This document shows positions 43,159-53,409 of a DNA stretch of 64,000 nt, in pieces; within the stretch, counting starts at the first letter, position 1; each line of letters begins with the position of its first letter. The stretch is taken from NCBI GenBank assembly GCA_964016885.1, contig OZ024741.1, forward strand, positions 181,350,001 through 181,414,000. Reading direction: 5' to 3'. The notes beneath the pieces were generated by a model, which saw only the letters and a list, made by a program, of their open reading frames with translations, searched no databases and was not told the DNA's origin. The DNA is from Eledone cirrhosa. Taxonomy: Eukaryota. Position numbers and translations under genes: made by a program.

Positions 43159-43522
43159 ATTAAGACAGGGGGAAGAAAAAAATGGCTTCACTTGTGCTTT
43201 CAACAAATTTATTTTCTTCACACAATCCAAAAAGACCTTTCACGCTGAGGTGCGCTTGACAAGCGCACCTCAGCGTGAAAGGTCTTTCTAAAAACGAAAC
43301 AATACATCCTACGTTAACCAAGAACTCCTAAGACCTAACCAACAACCAACAACTTAATTTATAAACAATTTTTTTTTAAGAAAAAACAAATTTTTTCTAA
43401 TCCGGAAAAAAATTCTTTTTGGATTTTGTGAAGAAAATAAATTTGTTGAAAGCACAAGTGAAGCCATTTTTTCTTCCCCCCTGTCTTAATATACCTAACT
43501 GTACCAAGGATTACACACATTT

Positions 43523-43528
<6 letters not shown>
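43159..43528 (+). repeat. (TA)n-embedded element with nested inverted repeats
   Basis: Perfect 28-bp hairpin 43231-43287; outer inverted repeat about 43159-43235 versus 43414-43492. Confidence 0.85.
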
Positions 43529-43583
<55 letters not shown>

Positions 43584-43904
43584 CAAGAAAGGGTAAATAT
43601 TCTGTGGCTGTTGATCGCGGATAGATAGCTATCGTTTATTTATCTATTGTTTCTTCATAGGTATCTTTTAATCTTATAGCCTTGTTTAATTGATTTTTTG
43701 TGTGGTTGATTATGCTGATTGGGAGAGGAAATACTGTATATATTTTATCAAATGATTCTATGGACTTACTTTCTTATATATTGCTCTGATTGTTGATTAT
43801 TTAATTAATTCGTCATTGAGCCACACCGTGAATGGTTGCCAAAAACATATATATATATATATATATAGCTCTGTCTAGTTTATGTATATCTAAATCTATA
43901 TATT

Positions 43905-43997
<93 letters not shown>

Positions 43998-44206
43998 CGT
44001 GTGTGTGCGTGCGTGCGTGTATATATGCATATATATATGTATATATATATATATATATATTGTTATACTTTGGGAGGGTCATGTTGCCAATAGGAAACAC
44101 ACGCACCAGTTGCTTTCACTTCAATTTATTATATATTTATAAATTTATAAATTTATAAATTTCTGGTTGGTTGGTTGGTTCCACAACCAGATAGTTGTTT
44201 ATATAT

Positions 44207-44251
44207 AGTCATAGTTCTTTCGTCACACACTCTGTGACCTCTTCAGTGACT
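44207..44251 (-). ncRNA. Intact minimal type I hammerhead ribozyme in a short (TA)n-embedded fragment (about 44060-44285)
   Basis: Minus strand AGTCA CTGAAGA G GTCAC AGAGTGT GTGAC GAAAG AA CTA TGACT: perfect stems I and II, CUA site. Confidence 0.8.
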
Positions 44252-44392
44252 GGGGATTCCTTTCTTTGTTTCTGTGCCTCTCCTTTATATATATATATGT
44301 ATACATATATGTACATGTATGTACATATATATGTACATATATGTATATGCATATATGTACATACATATATGTACATACATATACATATATGT

Positions 44393-44487
<95 letters not shown>

Positions 44488-45052
44488 TTTAAGAATAACC
44501 AAAGAGTGCTTAGAAATACATTGTTTTATTTGCTAACAGTGTTTCATCTATACCCTATGGCAGGAATCATGAGAGCTTATAAACAAAAATATATCAGAGG
44601 TTGTAGGCTCCATCAAGTTCAGTCACCAGAACAAGGATAACGGACAAGTAGGAGGGTCCCAAGGCCTGCACTATATAGAAAAACACACAATACATGACGC
44701 ACATAATGTCACAAAATGTCATAAAAAATTTACATAAAATTTTTATCACATAAATGGTGCAAAAGATGATTCCTGCCATAGGGTATGGATCAAACACTGT
44801 TAGCAAATAATACAATGCATTTCTAAGCACTCCTTGGTTATTCCTAAACTTATAACGGCTCTGTAGTGTACTAGTTATCCTACATTGAGCTAAACCCACA
44901 CTGTCATACCAAGGGCAATATATCTGCGTGTCAGTGCACATTAATATACTTGTCAACGAATCTATAACGGCTCCCCTTGGGTTGAGCTAAAAGATATAAC
45001 CACTATACACATATATGTATTCGTAGATCTATATAGTTATAGTCGCACACTG

Positions 45053-47628
45053 GTGTATAAAGTTGACAGTATGCTAACCAAGGACCGTCTACCTTTGTCA
45101 CTCAAGAACATTCCCATCCCATCTAAGAACACCTACGACAGGTTGCTCATAGCTAGCGTGGACTCATTTGTTAACAGATTAAGGTGGCGTGCTTTCCACT
45201 ATGATAGGAACCGGGATAGCCCTCAGCAAGCAACCCGGGTGGATAGGTATGGATTCAAGACTCCACCGCATAATAGTAGTCTGGAGGGCTTTGAAAATGA
45301 CCTACTAAACCTTGTGAGGAATATTAGATATAGGAATAAATGCCATAGCAAGAACCAATTCCGTAGAGATCTTAGCTCTATTATTAAGGGCTTCGAAGAA
45401 AATGATAGCAGTCTCGTACCCTCAGATAAAACAAAAAATATATATAACTTAGACTATAGGATTTACAGAAACTTCATATACAAGGAACTCCATAGAAATT
45501 ATAAGAAAACTTCCTACGATAACCTAGACGAGATAAATATGAAAAGGCTTGAAATTGTTAAAATGGTGAATCTGGAAAGGTACACCCAACCATTCACTCC
45601 TAAGCAACCCAGATTCACACTGAAGGATCACAAAGAGGACTTCATTAGTAACACCTCAATTAGGCTCATTAGCCCCTCTAAGTCTGACCTAGGGATAATA
45701 AGCAAGAGAAGTTTGGACGCCGTGATCCCTGTTATAAGAAGTAAAGTTTACCTTGACCTATGGGGTAATACGGAGCAGGTTATTAAATGGTTCTCAAGCG
45801 TTAGTAACCATAACTCCCAAAAGTTCATCCAATTTGATATTAACTCCAACTACACTTCCATCTCTCCCATCCTTCTAAATAAGGCCCTTATATTAGCTAT
45901 GCAAAATAGTGACCTGACTAGATCCCAAATTGATATTATCCTTGCTGCCCGAAGGACTATCATCCTCTTCGAGGAACAACTTTGGACCCGGAAGAACACG
46001 CCGAATAACTTCGATATCACAATGGGGTCCAGCGATTCGGCACAGGTCACTGATTTGGTTGGATTATACCTCCTCCATGAACTACATAAGACATTCCCGC
46101 ATTTCAAAGGCGAGCGGTACCGTGATGACGCCCTATTCACTATTGAATATAAAAAACATAATATAGAAAGGACGAGAAAAGACCTACATAAATTCTTCAA
46201 AAGCTTTAACCTTAGTACAACGATAGACGTAAATAATAAAACGGTTAACTTTCTAGACGTAACCCTGGACCTGGAAAATAAATACTTCTCACCTTATCAC
46301 AAGCCAGATGAAACACTAACATACGTAGATGCCAATTCCAACAACCCTAGACCCGTCCTAAATGCCATAATTAAAGGGGTATCCAATAGGATTAGCAGAC
46401 TATCACATAATGAGGATGCATTTAGGTCTAATGCAAGGTACTATAATAAGGCACTAGAAAAGTCCGGTTTTAGAGAAAAAAATGTACTATATACCTAACA
46501 ACTCCCAAACCACCAGGGACGGACCGTATAATGTAATCACGCACAATATGGCTTTGCCTAATAGAAGCAGACACAAAAATAGGAACAACATGGGTGCAGT
46601 AAGCGGCTCTGACCAACCCCAACCGACTTCATCTAACAGGTCTCCTCGGTGTAGCAATAATACTAACAGTAGGATAAAAGCTAGAAACTTGAGATAAAAT
46701 AGGAACGACAGGGAAACCAGAGAACCCCTCCGGGTAAGGTTACCACCACAGGTTCTCTCTACCACAGAAGGTGGGATGTCTACGCGCGGTGCTAACTATT
46801 CCCCCAGTACGAAAAATAGAAAATATAGACGAAGATCTAATCCCTACTTTAATCCACCTTACAACTCGGTGGTATCAACCAATATACCAAAGGCATTCTT
46901 TTCGATCTTTGAAAAAACTCCCCCCGCCCCGGTAGTAAATACCAGAGCATCATTAATAAAAACACAGTTAAGCTATCTTTCCCCACCACTCCAAATTTAG
47001 CTCATCACCTAGCCCTAACGAACAACAGAAAAATTAGAAAGGGTATCGATACCATTGCATCTGCGGGATATCGCAGCCACTAGAAGGACCAGATGCGGAG
47101 TTACCTTGCAGTACTATCCACACATCTGATGTACGGTTGCCAAATCAGGCACATACGGAAGACCAACCATCTCCTGTACCGCAGAGTGACATACACTGCA
47201 AATGTAACTGCAGACGAAAGGCGGAGTGCCCCCTGAAGGGGCTATGCCTTATAAACAATATTGTCTACGCTTGTGAAGTTACAAATCGGACATCTTCCAA
47301 AACATATATAGGATCTACATAGACCTCCTTTAAGACTAGATACAACTCCCATCGCTATACGTTTAGTCATGATAGACTTATGAACACCACATCCCTAGCT
47401 AGTTACATATCCCCCTGAAGACACCAATACTCAATATACGCTTGATTGGAGAATTATCACTAAATCATCGCAGTACAGACCCCTCAGCAAGACTTGTGAC
47501 CTTTGTCTCTCTGAATCGCACGCCATAATATACTCCAAACTGAACCTGTTAAATAGGAAATCGGAAATATTCTCTTCTTGCCCGCACATAAATCTTAGCT
47601 CCTTCTATTACTTTAGACCACTTAGCTA
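45053..47628 (+). pseudogene. PLE reverse transcriptase plus GIY-YIG ORF; 481-aa open N-terminal part, then frameshifts and stops
   Basis: SLKNIPIPS, LRWRA, SDKTKNIY, FTLKDHK, FIQFDI, MGSSDSAQVTDLVG, YRDDAL, NFLDVTLDL, YFNPPY, CNCRRKAECPLKGLC..IVY..YIG, CDLCLSE, CPH. Confidence 0.9.
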
Positions 47629-49504
47629 ACGCTGTAGGGCATGCACCCCCTATCAAGCCTACGTAAAACCACGCCACCCTTGTTCCTGGTTCCTCTGTAA
47701 CCATTACTGCCCTTCAAGTGTATATAGGTTCCTCTCCTCTTTTATTTCTCTCTTCCCTTCTCTCTTATTTTTTCTTCCCCTTTTCCTTAATTCATCCTTT
47801 TACCATAAGCCAATAACCCATAGGGTACAACCTACTTAAGGCTTTTCACTATACCAAGCACAGTTCGACCCTGTACAGGCACCTACCCATACTGACCAAA
47901 GGGATATGGTTTATAAACATACCCATTGTGCGCTAACTGATAGCACAGCCAAATAGTTTGTCGAAAGCCCAACAAACTCCGCCGCAGCTATAAGGCGGAT
48001 GGCTTGGGCATCTGGGGTCCAGATAGCCTTGACCTTAGGGTGAGAGATGGATCCAACATAGTATAGTGAACAATATGAGCAAATCGAGTGGACTAAGTGC
48101 CACAGGATCGATCAAACCCCAGAAGGAATGGGTATCTTGTCGCTGACGAGTTTGAATCGAACAAATGATTTGCCCCAAGCGTTCAGGGGATATCTAATGA
48201 ATCCGCCCTTTATGACGCGAATTGCCTCCCATACTTTTCATAAGCATACAATGACATCCTGAGTTTGTATTCGGACAACCGCTGTGTGTTACTAGCGAAT
48301 GGGTAACCTTTGAAATTGTGGAATATGAATTGTGCTGCAAATATGATGAATTATAGAACCACACTCAAGGCAGTGTGCGACGGTTGATATTGACTTCCAG
48401 CCCACCCAGGATGGGTTATACTCGACTGTGAAAGGATTTCTACCTCCGGATTCAGTAATCTACACCAAAACCACGTGGCGGACATGTAAACAACATAGTT
48501 GTCATTAACAGTTTTAGCTGTGAGTTTACCATATATTCTACAGTATCTGCACACAACAGAAATGTTGCACTCACTCTAATAAGCCCGCTTATTAATGTAA
48601 CCATAACTGATTTTCCTTCACTCTGCCATAGGTAATTCCGTAAGCGGAGTTTTCTATATACGCTTTCTGTCTACGTGACTGACTAGCCATCACGAATAAC
48701 ATTTACTGTGGTATATTTGCATATGGTATGGCACTTTAGTTGATGTCAACTCGGCCATACGATGTATTTCACTTGGGACGTTGGGTTGCGTGACCGAACG
48801 TGAGGACTTTGGGAGATAGCAGATATTGCGGACCTGTCTTATTTTCACTTTCTTCACTGGAGTGCCGGCTGTACATGTACTCTACTCAGCTTCACATCAT
48901 CGTACTTTTCTTTATTTTAGATTTAAGGTATTTATTGCAGACTGCCTATGTGGAGAAATCCTCTAGGTATATGTTTTGGAAACATAGTATTATATCGCCT
49001 AACGCTTGGGACTGGAACCAATGGATGGAGGGTGTTGATATGATATGGAGAAATCGACCTGTTACAAGGTGATATAACTGGAGTGCACCATCCTTCCTAT
49101 AGACAATCCTACATGTAAAGCTGCATCACAGCTAACCAACTTTTCTTTTCACTGACTCATGCTTGCAAGCTCTCATATTCTTCCTGTACATCCTGTATTT
49201 GCACTGCTTGTGAATTGATGTATCTATGATTTGTTTTGTTTTTTTGTTGTTTTTTTATCATGCTGGGTAACACCCTCACTCACTTCTTGCTATCCTCTCG
49301 CAACCTCCTTATCATCTCTTGCACCATTTATGTGATAAACTTTTGATGTAAATTTTTTATGACATTTTATGACATTATGTGCGTCATGTATTGTGTGTTT
49401 TTCTATATAGCGCTGGCCTTGGGACCCTCCTACTTGTCCTTTATCCTTGTTCTGGTGACTGAGCTTGATGGAGCCTGCAACCTCTGATATATTTTTGTTT
49501 ATAA

Positions 49505-49549
49505 GCTCTGATGATTCCTGCCATAGGGTATGGATGAAACACTGTTAGC
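49505..49549 (+). ncRNA. Minimal type I hammerhead ribozyme in the 3' pLTR
   Basis: GCT CTGATGA(49508-49514) TTCCTGCCATAGGGTATGGAT GAAAC ACT GTT AGC; GUU site; mutated copies at 44530-44577(-) and 44765-44805(+). Confidence 0.75.
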
Positions 49550-49703
49550 AAATAAAACAATGTATTTCTAAGCACTCTTTGGTTATTCCTAAACTTATAA
49601 CAGCTCTGTAGTATACTAGTTATCCTACATTGAGCTAAAACCACACTATCATACCAAGGGCAATATATCTGCGTGTCAGTGCACATTAATATACTTGTCA
49701 ACG

Positions 49704-49860
<157 letters not shown>

Positions 49861-50174
49861 GGGATTACAGGTTATCGTTAACCTAGATGTAGTCCAGTTA
49901 TAGTACTCCGTGTTGTGGATGGCATTAACGTATGGCTTAGTTTGACTCAACAAGACGTTTCCATAGTGATGCTGCGAGTTCGCGGTGATTTCTATGTAGG
50001 TTATACTTGGAGTACAAAGGCTTTATTCACATTGCTGACAATTGTTTCTTTGATCTGGTAGGTCTAGAGTTCGCTAATCGCTTGATGTTGCGTCAATCGA
50101 TCTCCAATACTTTGTTTATAACCAGTCGTTTCATCAGAGCGTGCGAAAGTGAGGAAAATACTCAAGGCATGGCT

Positions 50175-51298
50175 TTTATAGATCCATAATTAACTCCATA
50201 GCATATAGTATATCCCTTAGAATATCCCGCCTATCCTCAAACCAAGAAATTTTTAATGAACATACTATTTATTATAACGCAACATTACATAAGGCTGGAC
50301 ACAAAGAAAAGCTGTAGTTTATAACAAATAAGGAAAACACAAACAAACCCATTAACACCAACACTAACCGCCCATACAAAAATAAAGATAAGAGGACTAG
50401 GCATAGAACTAGGCAAGTAGCACCAAGAGTAGGAGGACGGAACACTAATAATAGAAACTCCAGAAACTATAGAAGAACTAGAGAAAGAAAATACCTATGG
50501 TTTAATCCAATCTTCAACTCCTCTATAATAACTAAACTGCCTTCTATGTTTTTTAAACTAATAGATAAACACTTCCCTACATCGCATAGATACCATAAAA
50601 TCTTCAATAGAAAAACTATAAAACTTTCATACTCTACTGTAGCCAACATCGAATCGCACATACGCAAGATCAATCACAAAAATACCTCTAAGGAAACTAT
50701 CCCACCTATACGCAACATAGCACCAAACACTAAACACAAATATATTACTGTATCACAACCACAAACGCATAGGAACACACCACAGCAAAACTTCAATAGG
50801 CATGAATCACAACCCGCACATAACATTTTGCAAAACCGCAATGTGAAAGCTGCACGGAATAATACTTCAAACTGCAATTGTCACCTACCAGATAAGTGCC
50901 CATTAGCGAATAGGTGCCTAGATTCTAGTCTAGTGTACATATGTACTGTAAACTCGGGCAACTCCCCATGGCACTACATTGGATCCACCGCGTGTGTTTT
51001 AAAAAAAAGGCGGTATGTACACAGGAATTCAATGAAGAACCGTGCACTGGTAACCTCTACAACCCTCGCCAATAAAATCTGGCAACTTAAGGACAAAAGC
51101 CTTGATTACAATATTAGCTGGTCAAAATTAGCGGCCGCAAAGGCCTATAGCAGTGGTATGTCCCATTGCGGGCTCTGCAACCTTGAATTGCTACATATCT
51201 TAAGGAACGACAAAATGCTACTCAACAGCAAAATAGAAAGGTCAATTTTCTGCAGACATAGGATTGCTACAAAATTAGCGAGATTTAAACCACCGTGA
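50175..51298 (+). pseudogene. 5'-truncated Naiad-type PLE: end of RT thumb, linker, and open GIY-YIG ORF 50546-51298
   Basis: SLRISRLSSNQEIFNEH, WFNP, FFKLIDKHFPTSHRYHKIFNRKTIKLSYST, CNC..CPL..C..LVY..YIG..CGLC..CRH. Confidence 0.88.
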
Positions 51299-51605
51299 TT
51301 CGAACCAGCATCCCCTATATTAAGGGATAATCACTTAGCATTTAACATATGAAATCCATCCGCATTCTCATACAGCCCACTTCAGAACCATAATCTTCTA
51401 TAAACACCTTCTAGCCTCCCTACATCTATACCACTAGGATGGAGCAGTAATGTCTACAATTATCTTGTCAGCCCATAAATCAATCCCATCTTTGCTGTTG
51501 TTTATTCTTTCGGACCAAACAATTATATCTACATATCTCATATTAGCACTCATGATCTCTAACAGATGAACTTAATTCTAAGTACATTATCTGATTACTC
51601 CTAGG

Positions 51606-51792
51606 TGAATTGACAGTATCGATAGAGGGTTGGTCGCCATGCTTTCTAGCATAGTTACGTCCCTTTAGAGTCTGAGTTCAAATCCCGCCGAGGTTAACTT
51701 TGCCTTTCATCCTTACGGGGTCGATAAAATAAAGTACCAGTAATGTACTGGGTAATTGCTGGCCTTGTGTGTGCCTAAAGTAGAAACAATTA
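51606..51792 (+). mobile_element. SINE full copy
   Basis: Matches the family consensus. Confidence 0.85.
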
Positions 51793-52112
51793 TCTTATTA
51801 CTCCTACACCCCTTGAAATCTTATTTTCTTCTTCTTATTATTATGATCATCTCAATGTATCCCTAATTTTATTCATCATGTTCTTTCTATTTACGATGCA
51901 TATTCTATTGTTTTTATTACTTTTATTGTCTCTATTATTGTTGTTATTATTGTCTTATTTATACACTATTTGTTATTGATGTTGTGAAAACTAAACCTCC
52001 ATGATTCGAACTAACAATCCCAACTTTTAGAATAGGCCACCTAAACCTTTAAATACCGAATCTACAACTTCACTTAATACCATACAAGAACCATATATCT
52101 CTATACACTCTA

Positions 52113-52520
52113 TACTAGTTTCAAGCTTGTTAGCTATCGTCAGCAACGTATACCTTCCTGCCAGATTGTTGAACGTATATACTTATATTTAAGTAACAGC
52201 CGTACTAAGAGTGGGAAATGAAATATCGTTTCATTTTTTCCGTTTATCGTTTTCGGTGCACCCGGCCGATTAACCCACTCGATATGCAAATTGGGCTACT
52301 CAGCCGTTAATATGCATAAGGTAAGTATATACGTTCAACAATCTGGCAGGAAGGTATACGTTGCTGACGATAGCTAACAAGCTTGAAACTAGTACAGCGT
52401 TCCTTTGTCAGTGTTGAACAAACGAGCAACGGTGGTTGCTAGACACTACGGCTTAATACGGGATGTTTGTTTACAAACACACCGAGCATTATAATAAATA
52501 TTCGGTGAATCCATACGTGC
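52113..52520 (+). mobile_element. Octamer-hammerhead repeat (subfamily A) with a 73-bp perfect inverted copy
   Basis: ATGCAAAT 52284-52291, then GCTACTCAGCCG shared with 26984-26995; 52113-52185 is the reverse complement of 52322-52394; 3' hairpins, then a TA/TG tract. Confidence 0.8.
52333..52419 (+). ncRNA. Intact minimal type I hammerhead ribozyme with extended stem I
   Basis: ACGTTG CTGACGA(52364-52370) T AGC TAACAA GCT T GAAAC TA GTA(52394) CAGCGT; outer pairs AAGG/CCTT, CTGGCA/TGTCAG, GTTCAACA/TGTTGAAC. Confidence 0.85.
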
Positions 52521-52629
52521 ATATATATATGTGTGCATGTATGTATATATATGTATACATACTACTGTACGTCGGTATGCATATGTGTGTGTACGTGTAC
52601 ATACTTATATATATATATACGTGTACATA

Positions 52630-52700
<71 letters not shown>

Positions 52701-52704
<4 letters not shown>

Positions 52705-52820
52705 TAATCCTATTTCAAATTTGAGACAACTTATAAAGCTTCATATGCAAATGAGATTAATCCCCTCATTTACACAGACGAAAAAACTATATATTTTCGC
52801 CTGTTTGAAAGTCTGGCAGT
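52701..52820 (+). mobile_element. 5' half of a subfamily B octamer repeat
   Basis: Near-identical to the reverse complement of 43018-43138; ATGCAAAT 52745-52752; TA tracts on both sides. Confidence 0.75.
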
Positions 52821-53409
52821 TATATGTATATGTATATATATATATGTATATGTATGTAGCTTTGTATTCGTTTGTGAATTCAATGATGTTTTATTAACCT
52901 GCATGTAGGTTGTGTACTCACCTAACATTTTCAGTATACGACCGATATATTAACCAACCTCTCAACACATTCTTTTCTGTCAGGAACCACATACTTATAG
53001 TTACTTCGATTCTGCCATTATCTACCATGCTGTCTCAATAAGACACATATTTTTCTTTTCTATATATCTATCACGACAAACGAACATATTGGCCGAAAGA
53101 TCAATACTTTTCTATTTGTTTTTACATGAACTGATTAATATATTTTAGGAATACAAATGAGATACATAAAGGTTAATACAACATCTTGTATAAGGATCAT
53201 ATGGTGGTGATGATAATTGTGATGATGATGATGATGATGATGATGATAATGACGGCGTTAATGATCATGACGGTGATGGTGATGATGATAATGAAATGCT
53301 GACAACGTTAATGATGAGAAAGAAGACAACGATAACGACAATAAAAAGCAATAACCAAGCATCATCAACACAACAACAATACCTATTGCAGCATCACCAC
53401 CACCAATAA

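Noticed and set aside
45053-47628. Selenocysteine recoding, which is reported for some Naiad elements
   Set aside because: The breaks I checked are frameshifts or TAA/TAG stops, and the conserved Cys positions are ordinary Cys codons; no SECIS was recognised, though no formal search was run
48715-48722. Isolated octamer motifs here and near 497
   Set aside because: An 8-mer is expected by chance in AT-rich 64 kb, and neither is followed by the family's hammerhead layout
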